Shown: in pieces, positions 9,071 to 18,372 of the stretch
How the letters are laid out: every line of letters begins with the position of its first letter
How positions within the stretch are numbered: position 1 is the first letter of the stretch
From: Candidatus Tayloriibacteriota bacterium
GTDB taxonomy: Bacteria; Patescibacteriota; Minisyncoccia; Phycocordibacterales; PALSA-1337
DNA: 64,000 nucleotides
NCBI GenBank assembly: GCA_903857825.1
Contig: CAIOGI010000001.1
Coordinates: forward strand, 40,698-104,697
Reading direction: 5' to 3'
Made by a program: the position numbers and the translations under genes
Notes under the pieces: generated by a model
Seen by the model: only the letters and a program-made list of their open reading frames with translations
Told to the model about the DNA's origin: nothing
Database searches by the model: none

Positions 9071-9256
9071 AATCTGTTTGTTTTAATGTTCTTATCTGAC
9101 AATAGTATATCATCTCTGTCAATTCTTGTCTAAATTACGTCATTAATTATAGATGTATCTACTGAGTAGATGGCTAGGTTACTATATACATTGAGTATAG
9201 TTAAATTGTTGTCAGTATTATTGACATATGTATGCTATATTTGATATACTGATCCT

Positions 9257-9991
9257 ATGGAAAATATGTCTCAAATATTAGAGAAAATAGGACTTTCAAG
9301 CAAAGAATCGGCTATCTATCTGGCCTTACTCAAATATAACAATGCAACCGTACAGGATATTGCAAATGAAGCAGGAATTAAACGCCCAACCACATATCTA
9401 ATATTAGATGAGCTTAGAAAAAAGGGTCTGGTTCTAAAGATCCCCCATGCAAAGAGAGCGATATTTCAAGCCAGGGCACCAGATGAGGTATATGAACAGG
9501 TATCAAACAATTTGAATAATTTTGAAAAGATATTACCTAAACTTCGATCAATAAATCCATCTAGAAACACTGTAAAAACTTTATATTTCGAAGGAGCAGA
9601 AGGTTTAAAGGAATCATTAAACTACAGGCTCGCAGAAATGAAAGACAAGACGCTTGTAGGCTTTTGGGCAAAAGATAGTGGTTTACCAAAAAAGATTCTC
9701 GAATTATTTGATAATTGGAATAAAAATCTATTAAAATACAATATTACTATGGGAGGGGCAACACCAGATCATGAATCAACTAGGAAATATCTACAACAAT
9801 ATCCACAATTTTATAAATACCTTAAATTAGTACCCGAAAAAGACTACTCTTCTGATGTATCAATAGACGTAAGCGATGATTTTGTAAGAATAATAGATGG
9901 ACATGAATTAAAAGCAGTTATTATAGAAGATAAAAGGGTTGCTGATGCTGTAAAACAGATATTTGCACTTGCTTCTAAAAATATTCAATAG
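9257..9991 (+). CDS. TrmB-family HTH transcriptional regulator
   Basis: The N-terminus ILEKIGLSSKESAIYLALLKYNNATVQDIANEAGIKRPTTYLILDELRKKGLV matches the TrmB wHTH. Confidence 0.65.
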   Translation: MENMSQILEKIGLSSKESAIYLALLKYNNATVQDIANEAGIKRPTTYLILDELRKKGLVLKIPHAKRAIFQARAPDEVYEQVSNNLNNFEKILPKLRSINPSRNTVKTLYFEGAEGLKESLNYRLAEMKDKTLVGFWAKDSGLPKKILELFDNWNKNLLKYNITMGGATPDHESTRKYLQQYPQFYKYLKLVPEKDYSSDVSIDVSDDFVRIIDGHELKAVIIEDKRVADAVKQIFALASKNIQ

Positions 9992-10016
9992 TATAGTCAA
10001 AATTATAATTAAAATT

Positions 10017-10064
10017 CTATAGTTAACCCATGAAATCTAAGCAATACACCCTTGAGGTCGGTCC
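10017..10064 (+). repeat. Duplicated pnp 5' end (a pseudo-start encoding MKSKQYTLEVGPLL*). This is direct-repeat copy 1 of the 37-bp core acccatgaaatctaaRcaatacacccttgaggtcggt.
   Basis: It is identical to 12460-12496 apart from one mismatch. Confidence 0.75.
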
Positions 10065-10068
10065 TCTC

Positions 10069-10833
10069 TTATAGGTTTTCCTTTACAAAATCAACAGCAT
10101 ATCTAAACCTTTCTCCTAGTTTTTCTCTTTCACCAATAGCCACAAACGGCTTCATATCTGCAATAAATTCTTTTTCACTAAATTTATCTAATCTCTTATA
10201 AATTTCTTCTTTATTCTTCAAATCCAATCCGTAATATTTTAATTTCTCTTCTATCATAACACCATTAAAGACGGCCCCGAAACCAAGTAAGTAGGCCAAA
10301 TCATACAAATCCCTCCCTTTCTCTCTGGTCATGATTGCTCTTATTTTCTCAGAGAAAATTTCATTCATTGATAGATGATGAATATACGAATTAAAGATGA
10401 TAGGGAAATCACTTTTTATTGTAGATTTTGAAGGCTCTATTGGCTTTTCTCTAAAAGAAAAATCAAATTTTATAAAAACTTTATAATCTATAAAATCTGG
10501 CTTAACTGTAAGTAGATAGGTCTTACCAGAAATAGCCTCTCTTTCTTTAAATGAAAATCCTGAATTTTCTTTACAAATTAAAACAAAAAAATCTTTTATA
10601 AAGCCTTCAAACTCTTTATCTTGCATATCTACAGTAAAATCAAGATCTTCTGAAAATCTTGGGGCTCCAAAAATAATATGCACGGCTGTTCCTCCTTTAA
10701 AATAAACTTTTTCACAACCTTTCATAGAATATAATTTATCAAGACACAATAACTGTACATACTCTCGCAATACAATAGTCTCATTTGTCTTAAATTTCTT
10801 TGTTAGTTCATGTATTTGATCCTTTGTTATCAT
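10069..10833 (-). CDS. AbiEii/AbiGii-family nucleotidyltransferase toxin (type IV toxin-antitoxin / abortive infection)
   Basis: KGGTAVHIIFGAPRFSEDLDFTV is the AbiEii signature. Confidence 0.75.
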   Translation of the reverse strand: MITKDQIHELTKKFKTNETIVLREYVQLLCLDKLYSMKGCEKVYFKGGTAVHIIFGAPRFSEDLDFTVDMQDKEFEGFIKDFFVLICKENSGFSFKEREAISGKTYLLTVKPDFIDYKVFIKFDFSFREKPIEPSKSTIKSDFPIIFNSYIHHLSMNEIFSEKIRAIMTREKGRDLYDLAYLLGFGAVFNGVMIEEKLKYYGLDLKNKEEIYKRLDKFSEKEFIADMKPFVAIGEREKLGERFRYAVDFVKENL

Positions 10834-11450
10834 AGTATTTTATTAGTTTTTAATATTTCAATGATCTTATCTTTTACTATTCCTTTTTTTATATTATTTA
10901 CATATTCATCGAGTCTTTTCTTATCTATATTTGATAAATCATATTCGCTCATATCTATCTGTCTCTTTCCGTTTATAGACAAATATATCTGATCCAATAA
11001 TGCTTTTTCAGGAAGTGCAATGAGAAATCCATCCTTTTTCTCATAACCCCAGAATAAATCCTTATTAATATGAGAATAACTGTAGATATTGCCATCAATT
11101 TCTTTAATTTTTGTCTTTTTAACTGTTGCGCTAGTTATCTCAAAAGGGAATTGGGAAAGAATACCATGAAAATTCAAAGCTGATTCAAAAGAGATATATG
11201 ATGGTTCGTATAGGAAGTTTGCAATAAGAAAATTACTTGGCTTTTTACTTGGGATTATGTATTTACCCATTTCAAGTCTTTTTAAAATACCATTCATTAC
11301 AAGGCTATTTATCAAGTCGAAGGGGGCTTGATGTCTACTAATACCCAAAAGGTTTCGCAAGGTTTCACTGGGAATAATGCCAATATCTGATTGTAATATT
11401 GCTTCAGTTGCCTTTACTTTATTAAAGTTTTGATTATTCGATGATTCCAT
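10830..11450 (-). CDS. AbiEi-like antitoxin / transcriptional regulator (wHTH). Its stop overlaps the AbiEii start by 4 nt.
   Basis: It sits upstream of AbiEii and is translationally coupled to it (ATGA overlap). The N-terminal region ...LRNLLGISRHQAPFDLINSLVMNGILKRLEMGKY is HTH-like. Confidence 0.55.
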   Translation of the reverse strand: MESSNNQNFNKVKATEAILQSDIGIIPSETLRNLLGISRHQAPFDLINSLVMNGILKRLEMGKYIIPSKKPSNFLIANFLYEPSYISFESALNFHGILSQFPFEITSATVKKTKIKEIDGNIYSYSHINKDLFWGYEKKDGFLIALPEKALLDQIYLSINGKRQIDMSEYDLSNIDKKRLDEYVNNIKKGIVKDKIIEILKTNKIL

Positions 11451-11678
11451 ACACTACGTACTATACCAATTCTGTGGAATCATTACAAGTGGTGAATGTG
11501 GATAACTATATGAAAAGCGCAAAATACCTATATTAAATGTCATTTATATATGTTGCAAAATAAAGGTATTCTGATGATTTCGCATTTAAGTAATGTATAC
11601 TTGACTTAAAAGTGAGATTTAAATTAAGTATACTTAACTAAAATAAGGAAACTATACTACTTCTGATATAATATCCTC

Positions 11679-12424
11679 ATGAACAACGAATTTAAAAAAA
11701 AAACGCACAGCAAATACTATTAGAAAGGGCAGAAATTTCTTTACAAAAAGCAAAAGAACTTATACTCGAGCATATTCCAAATGAAGAAATACAAGCTATA
11801 TATGTAAAAGGGAGCTATATACAAGGGGAACTTAAAGAAGACAGTGATATTGACATAGTAGTGATTCTTAAAACAAAAAAATATTTACCTGATGTCTATA
11901 AACTAACAGATGATTTTGGTAATACTACAGATATGCCTTTTCAAGCTGTAGCATATACTATGGATGAATTGCAAACTGGAGTACTAGCCCAAAATAGAAC
12001 AAAATCGCCTACCACTATTAGTATCTTTGTTAAACAACTAGATCAACTTCCACTCATATATGGCCTAAAACCAGAAGGAAAACTCTATACTCGTACAGAT
12101 ATAAAAGATTTAACCGCTCAAATAGGGAACTTTAGAAAAATGTTTCTGCCAGATTTCGAGAAAGGGAACTTTCACTTCAAATCCCTAGTCAAACAAGTAT
12201 TATGGTTAGTAGAAAGGGAACAAAGGGCGCTGGGTATATTACCAGAATATTCTTGGCAACGCCTTGCGAATTCTATAAAAGATCCGGATCATATTGTCCA
12301 TAATACTTTAAAATATAGAAGGGGTGGAGAAGTTTCAGATAAAGAAAAGGATGAGTATATGAATAAATTAAATGAGTATTTGGAGATGTTGGGAGATAAA
12401 TATAAAAAGACAACAAATATTTAG
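11679..12424 (+). pseudogene. Pol-beta-superfamily nucleotidyltransferase gene (GS...DxD motif KGSYIQGELKEDSDIDIVVIL) interrupted by a frameshift at an A10 homopolymer (11694-11703). The track ORF is the GTG-initiated remnant 11861-12424.
   Basis: ATG at 11679 reads MNNEFKKK and then hits a stop. A -1 shift or an 11th A restores one continuous roughly 248-aa ORF, MNNEFKKKNAQQILLERAEISLQ...KGSYIQGELKEDSDIDIVVIL... Confidence 0.6.
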
Positions 12425-12459
12425 AAGCTATACCAATACCCCACATTCTGCTAAACTAT

Positions 12460-12496
12460 ACCCATGAAATCTAAACAATACACCCTTGAGGTCGGT
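12460..12496 (+). repeat. Direct-repeat copy 2 (the genuine pnp start region)
   Basis: See the feature at 10017-10064. Confidence 0.75.
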
Positions 12497-14551
12497 GGTA
12501 AGACCCTCACAGCAGAATTTAATGATTTAGCAGAGCAAGCTCACGGTTCTGTAATGATGCGATACGACAACACTGTCGTGCTCGCTACAACAGTTATTAG
12601 CAAAGAAGAAAAAAAGGGGGATTTCTTTCCACTCACTGTTGATTATGAAGAAAAGTTTTATGCAGCTGGGAAAATTTCTGGTGGTAAATATAATAAAAGA
12701 GAGGGAAGACCAAGTGATGAAGCCATTCTTTCTGGAAGAATAGTGGATAGGACTATTCGTCCGCTTTTTGATCAACACATTCGTAATGAAGTGCAGGTCA
12801 TACTTACTGTACTTGCTTCTGGCGAAGGAGACCTACATATTCTCGGAGTAATTGGCGCATCACTTGCACTAGGTACATCAAAAATCCCTTGGAACGGTCC
12901 AGCTTCATGTATTCATGATGTAAATCCAAACTACGACCTTGTCGCTTGTGGTAAAGATGGACTAATAAATATGATTGAAGTTGCTGGCAAGGAGGTTGAT
13001 GAAGAAATCGTAAACAAGGCTTTAGTGAATGCTAGTGTAGAAATTGAAAAAATTCAGTCATGGCAAGAAGAAATAATAAAAGAAATCGGAAAGACAAAAA
13101 TGATAATTCCGAAGCCAGAACTTACTGCAGGCACAGAGGAGCTCTTTAATGTTGAAATTACAAACAAACTAGGTGAATACATTTTTGGATCAATTGGTAA
13201 AGATAGAATGGGGGAAATAGCTGACATTTGGACAAAATTATTTATAGAAAAATTCCCTGAGGGGAATCTAGGGCTGGCACAGGAATTTCTTGATGAAAAA
13301 ATAAATGACTTAATACACGCAGAAGCAATAGAAAATGAAAAGAGACCGGACGGTAGAAAGATGGACGAAATAAGACCATTATTTGCAAAGGTTGGTGGAA
13401 TCTCACCGATTCTGCATGGAACAGGGACATTTTATAGAGGAGCAACACACGTTCTTTCAGTACTTACACTTGGCGGGCCTGGGGATGTACAAGAAATAGA
13501 TGGAATGGAAATTACTGAAGCAAAGAGATTTATGCATCATTACAATTTCCCTCCATTCTCAACAGGCGAGACAGGCAGAGTCGGCGGAATGAATCGCAGA
13601 ATGATCGGCCACGGAGCTCTCGCAGAGAAGGCCCTACTACCTATTATTCCAGCAAAAGAACTATTCCCTTACACAATACGCATAGTGTCAGAAGCCTTTT
13701 CATCAAATGGTTCTACATCGATGGGATCTGTTTGCGGATCAACATTAGCACTTATGGATGGAGGGGTTCCTATAAAGGCACCAGTGGCAGGTATTGCATC
13801 TGGACTTATGATGCGAGAAGCGAAGGCTGGCGTAATGGGTAAGCTTTTTGGAAAGAAAAATTATGAATATAAAGTTCTAACAGATATACAAGGACCAGAA
13901 GATCATCATGGTGATATGGACTTCAAGGTTGCAGGTACAAGACAAGGCATCACAGCAATACAAATGGATGTAAAAGTTAATGGTATTCCATTAGAAATTT
14001 TGAAAGAAGCATTCGAAAAGGCAAAATTAGCTCGTTTTCAAATCTTGGACTTGATAGAAAAAGAAATCACCAAGCCAAGAGAAAAGATATCACCAAACGC
14101 TCCTGAGATAGTTATGACAGCGGTCAAGCAAGATCAGATCGGCTTGGTTATAGGTACAGGAGGAAAGACAATCAAGGAAATAAAAGAGAAAACTGGTGTA
14201 GATGACATCACAATAGAAGACGATGGAACAATATTCATCACAGGAAAAAATGGTACCGCTCAAAAGGCAAAAGAAATTATATACAATATGACACGTGAGT
14301 ACAAAGCAGGGGAGAGATTTGAAGGAGAAGTTACAAAGATCACAGACTTCGGTGCATTCGTGAGGATTGCCGGTTCAACAGAGGGACTTGTGCATGTTTC
14401 AGAAATAGCAACATTCCGAGTCGATAGAGTTTCTGATTATCTAAAAGAAGGAATGAAAGTACCAGTAATCATTCGTGAAGTAGATGAAAGAGGAAGATTG
14501 AGTCTATCTATAAAACAAGTTGATCCAAACTTTATAAAGAAAAAAGCTTAG
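12464..14551 (+). CDS. pnp: Polynucleotide phosphorylase / polyribonucleotide nucleotidyltransferase
   Basis: Two RNase PH domains, then KH and S1 domains (…GLVIGTGGKTIKEI…, …GERFEGEVTKITDFGAFV…). Confidence 0.95.
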   Translation: MKSKQYTLEVGGKTLTAEFNDLAEQAHGSVMMRYDNTVVLATTVISKEEKKGDFFPLTVDYEEKFYAAGKISGGKYNKREGRPSDEAILSGRIVDRTIRPLFDQHIRNEVQVILTVLASGEGDLHILGVIGASLALGTSKIPWNGPASCIHDVNPNYDLVACGKDGLINMIEVAGKEVDEEIVNKALVNASVEIEKIQSWQEEIIKEIGKTKMIIPKPELTAGTEELFNVEITNKLGEYIFGSIGKDRMGEIADIWTKLFIEKFPEGNLGLAQEFLDEKINDLIHAEAIENEKRPDGRKMDEIRPLFAKVGGISPILHGTGTFYRGATHVLSVLTLGGPGDVQEIDGMEITEAKRFMHHYNFPPFSTGETGRVGGMNRRMIGHGALAEKALLPIIPAKELFPYTIRIVSEAFSSNGSTSMGSVCGSTLALMDGGVPIKAPVAGIASGLMMREAKAGVMGKLFGKKNYEYKVLTDIQGPEDHHGDMDFKVAGTRQGITAIQMDVKVNGIPLEILKEAFEKAKLARFQILDLIEKEITKPREKISPNAPEIVMTAVKQDQIGLVIGTGGKTIKEIKEKTGVDDITIEDDGTIFITGKNGTAQKAKEIIYNMTREYKAGERFEGEVTKITDFGAFVRIAGSTEGLVHVSEIATFRVDRVSDYLKEGMKVPVIIREVDERGRLSLSIKQVDPNFIKKKA

Positions 14552-14623
14552 AAAGACTTACGCTCAAATACATATTCAGTAAAATAGCATAGAGCGAATA
14601 TTCTTATGTTATAATAAATATCG

Positions 14624-16360
14624 ATGGATGAAGTAAAAACTAATCAGAAAAATGCTTTAGGAAAACAGGTATCTGGTAATATAATACCAGATGAACATCC
14701 TCTGCACATGCTCAACAATCAATCTGACCCAATAAGAAGACGCCGCCCACTATCTCAACAAGCTATCAGAACATACGAAAGCGATATGGCGGATTTGCTT
14801 GGGAAAAAAGAGACAACAGTTGCAACAATGGCAATTGCCGAGCAAAGAAGAAAGGAAGAAAAAACAACAATTGTGCGTCAGCCTCTAATAGAAAAAGTAA
14901 TTGTTCAGGAAAAAAGGGAAGAAATGAATACACATAAGCCTATTCAAAAAAGAGATGTGTTAGAAAATTCTAGAGTATATACACCACCAACAAAGATCAA
15001 GGTTGAATCACCAGCAATCATTCCAGAAAAACAAAATAAAGTAGAAGAGCATGCACTAGACAAATATAATGAAGATACAGCGCTGAGCAATGAGCCTGTT
15101 ATTGAAACCAAGCAAGCACCAATTTTATCTAATCTTATAAGCGCCGAAGACTTTACTAACCCAGAACCCGCAAGAGAGACGCCCATTCTAAAAATGGATA
15201 CTTTTGTTGAGTCGATGGATAAGCCTATTATTAGAGAAAATGATGTGCAACCGATTAAAGAAGATGTTTCAATCAAGCCAGATCAAGCAAATATAGAGAA
15301 ACTTTTCACGCCAGAACCAATAGGAGAAGTTGCCGTTCTTGAACCTGAACCAATTGTCGAGCCTGTAGTTGAACAAGAATCTCCCATCATCCCTGAAACG
15401 ACTTACAGGCCAGCACCTGCTCCATTCACTTTTCCAAAGTATACACCTCCAGTACAGGTTAAAAATTCTAGTTTACAAATTGAGGACAAAGAAGATGCAG
15501 TACCTGAGTTCATTGATAACATTGCCTCAAAAAAGGAGGCCTCTGTTTTTGTTCCAAAGAAAACATTTACCACAATAACCGATGAGTCCGCAGGTACTGG
15601 AAATTACAGTAGAAAGATTTTTATGGTTATAGTAAGCATAATACTTATAGTCGGCGGTGTGGGAGCTGGATACTATTTATACCTAAAAAGCCCTCTTGCG
15701 AAACCAACTGTTGTGCCGATTAGTACAAGCAAGGTTCCAAGTATAATTAAACCAGAAACTCAAAAGATAGTTCCTATAGGAAACCTGAAGGGTGTCTCTT
15801 TGGAAGAAAAGATTAGAAGTGTTGTTGTTTCTGATGCTGTAGCTGCAGGAGTCTTGAATGAGATTGTATTAACACAGACCACAGGTTCAAGCACAATAAG
15901 GGTAACTGCTTTAAATTTTATAAAGACAATTGGATACCAGACTCCAGAGATATTCAAAAGATCACTTATGAACATATGGATGCTTGGTGCATATGGATCA
16001 GATGAAGGAAATGCACCCTTTATAATATTCAAAACTGATTTCTTCCAGAATTCATATGCAGGAATGCTAGATTGGGAGAAAAATATGGTGGACGATTTAG
16101 CTATTTTATTAAATTTTGAAGAAAAAATAAAAAATCAAAACAACACAGGAACCAGCACAGTTAGAGGATACTTGGCTGTTAGAGGTAGGTTTGAAGACAA
16201 AATTATTCTTAATCGTGATGTAAGAAAGTTTACAAATGAAAATGGTGTATCTTTACTTGTATATTCTTTTATAGACAAAGATACCTTAGTAATCACAACA
16301 TCCGAAAATGTCTTACGAAGTATAATACAAAAGCTTGAAAAGCAAACGCAGATAAGGTAA
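14624..16360 (+). CDS. Hypothetical single-pass membrane protein. The cytoplasmic half is Pro/Glu-rich and a transmembrane segment lies near residues 333-355.
   Basis: The hydrophobic stretch IFMVIVSIILIVGGVGAGYYLYL is present. No recognisable catalytic motif. Confidence 0.45.
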   Translation: MDEVKTNQKNALGKQVSGNIIPDEHPLHMLNNQSDPIRRRRPLSQQAIRTYESDMADLLGKKETTVATMAIAEQRRKEEKTTIVRQPLIEKVIVQEKREEMNTHKPIQKRDVLENSRVYTPPTKIKVESPAIIPEKQNKVEEHALDKYNEDTALSNEPVIETKQAPILSNLISAEDFTNPEPARETPILKMDTFVESMDKPIIRENDVQPIKEDVSIKPDQANIEKLFTPEPIGEVAVLEPEPIVEPVVEQESPIIPETTYRPAPAPFTFPKYTPPVQVKNSSLQIEDKEDAVPEFIDNIASKKEASVFVPKKTFTTITDESAGTGNYSRKIFMVIVSIILIVGGVGAGYYLYLKSPLAKPTVVPISTSKVPSIIKPETQKIVPIGNLKGVSLEEKIRSVVVSDAVAAGVLNEIVLTQTTGSSTIRVTALNFIKTIGYQTPEIFKRSLMNIWMLGAYGSDEGNAPFIIFKTDFFQNSYAGMLDWEKNMVDDLAILLNFEEKIKNQNNTGTSTVRGYLAVRGRFEDKIILNRDVRKFTNENGVSLLVYSFIDKDTLVITTSENVLRSIIQKLEKQTQIR

Positions 16361-16370
16361 AATAAGCTTC

Positions 16371-16736
16371 ATGAATAAGAAAGATTTAATATATTTCAAA
16401 GACAAGCTGTTAAAGGAAAAAGCTCTACTAGAAGAGGAATTATCCACTATTAGTCGTGTAAACCCAGACAATGCAAATGATTGGGAAGCAACGACTACAG
16501 ATATCGAAGTCGATGCCGCAGACGAGAATGAAGTCGCTGACAAAATGGAAGAACTTGAGGACAATAAATCAATCATAAGACAATTAGAGCCACAATTAAA
16601 CGAAGTAAAAGCAGCTCTTGAGAGGATTGAGTCTGGCACATATGGCGTATGCGAGATATCTGGAGAACCTATAGAAAGAGAGAGGTTGGAGGCAAGTCCA
16701 TCAGCAAGAACATCAATGAAACACATGAAAAAATAG
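16371..16736 (+). CDS. DksA/TraR-family protein, a Cys-poor variant of the C4 zinc finger
   Basis: A coiled-coil N-terminus, then C-terminal GTYGVCEISGEPIERERLEASPSARTS, which resembles the DksA finger but keeps only one Cys. Confidence 0.5.
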   Translation: MNKKDLIYFKDKLLKEKALLEEELSTISRVNPDNANDWEATTTDIEVDAADENEVADKMEELEDNKSIIRQLEPQLNEVKAALERIESGTYGVCEISGEPIERERLEASPSARTSMKHMKK

Positions 16737-16842
16737 GCTTAGGCCTGTTTTTTTATTGTCAATTTAAAAAAGTTATTGTGAAACTACTAAAAACAGTGGT
16801 TTTCTTTATAATTTCTTAATAATTTTATTTTAAACTGGCAGC

Positions 16843-18372
16843 ATGAGTATAGCAAAAACTTACAGCGCACAATTATCTGGTCTACAAGCACATATTATCA
16901 ACATAGAAGTTGACTTATCAAATGGTCTTCATGCCTTTGTGATCATCGGACTAGGCGACAAGGCAGTCGAAGAGTCAAAAGATAGGATATCAGCCGCTAT
17001 AAAAAATACTGGTTTTACATCGCCAAAACAGAAAAATCAAAAAGTTGTGATCTCTCTCGCCCCAGCAGATATTCGAAAGGAGGGACCGTCCTTTGATCTT
17101 GGCATGGCGCTTGCTTATCTATCTGCCAGTGGTGATATTGATTTCGATCCAGAAAATAAAATCTTTCTTGGTGAGCTTTCTCTTGAAGGAGAGATAAGAA
17201 AAATCAGCGGAATACTGCCCTTGGTCAATGGAGCAAAGAAATTCGGCTTTAAAGAAATATTTATGCCAGAAGGAAATGCTGAAGAAGCAGCTCTTATCAG
17301 TGGAGTAAAGATTTATCCAATAAAGACATTGGATCAGGTTATTGCACATCTTACTCAGAGAAAAGATTCTAAGATACCAATTCAAAAAAAGACAAAAATA
17401 AAGTTAATTAATGAAAAGTTTGAAACTAATTTCAATTTAATTCAAGGACAAGAAACAGCAAAAAGGGCATTGGAAATAGCAGCCGCTGGAGGGCACAATA
17501 TAGCAATGTATGGCCCTCCAGGAACAGGAAAAACCATGCTGGCAAAAGCCTTACAAACTATTTTACCTCCTTTAAATGAAGAAGAGATCCTTGAAGTAAC
17601 TAGCATACACTCTATTGCAAAGATTCTAGACAAATCCTTTATTACGAAGCCACCCTTTAGATCACCACATCATACATCCTCATATGCTTCTATCGTCGGT
17701 GGGGGTTCTTTTCCAAGACCAGGAGAAATCACCCTTGCACACAGAGGTGTACTTTTTCTTGATGAATTTCCAGAGTTTGATAAGAAAGTAATAGAATCAC
17801 TAAGACAGCCACTTGAGGAACATTCAATAACAATATCCAGAGTAAGAGGCTCCATAAATTATCCAGCAAAATGTATTCTTGTGGCATCAATGAATCCATG
17901 TCCATGTGGGTATGGAAAGGGGAATAAATGTAAATGCACTGACTATGATATAAGTAATTATAATAAAAGAATATCAGGTCCTATAGTAGACCGTATCGAC
18001 ATTTGGGTTTCTGTATCAAAGATTGAGTATGATAAATTATCAAACAAGTCATCGAACAATGAAGATTCTAAAGACATATTAAATCGTGTAATCAAGGCTC
18101 GCAAAATTCAAGAACTACGTTTTGTCAAAAATAAAATATTTAATAAAAAGTATAATAGTGAAATATCTATAGCTAATATTGAAAAAATGATCTGTCTAAG
18201 TGACAAAGTAAGAAAAATGTTAAAAGATTTTTCAGAAAAACTAGAATTATCAGCCAGAGCGTATCATAAAGTAATCAAACTAGCACAAACAATAGCTGAC
18301 TTAGATAATTCAAAAGAAATTACAGAGTCTCACCTATTGGAAGCATTGCAATACAGAAAAAGGGAATATTAG
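16843..18372 (+). CDS. comM: YifB/ComM-family Mg-chelatase-like AAA+ ATPase
   Basis: A Lon-like N-domain, Walker A GPPGTGKTMLA and GVLFLDEFPEF. Confidence 0.9.
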   Translation: MSIAKTYSAQLSGLQAHIINIEVDLSNGLHAFVIIGLGDKAVEESKDRISAAIKNTGFTSPKQKNQKVVISLAPADIRKEGPSFDLGMALAYLSASGDIDFDPENKIFLGELSLEGEIRKISGILPLVNGAKKFGFKEIFMPEGNAEEAALISGVKIYPIKTLDQVIAHLTQRKDSKIPIQKKTKIKLINEKFETNFNLIQGQETAKRALEIAAAGGHNIAMYGPPGTGKTMLAKALQTILPPLNEEEILEVTSIHSIAKILDKSFITKPPFRSPHHTSSYASIVGGGSFPRPGEITLAHRGVLFLDEFPEFDKKVIESLRQPLEEHSITISRVRGSINYPAKCILVASMNPCPCGYGKGNKCKCTDYDISNYNKRISGPIVDRIDIWVSVSKIEYDKLSNKSSNNEDSKDILNRVIKARKIQELRFVKNKIFNKKYNSEISIANIEKMICLSDKVRKMLKDFSEKLELSARAYHKVIKLAQTIADLDNSKEITESHLLEALQYRKREY

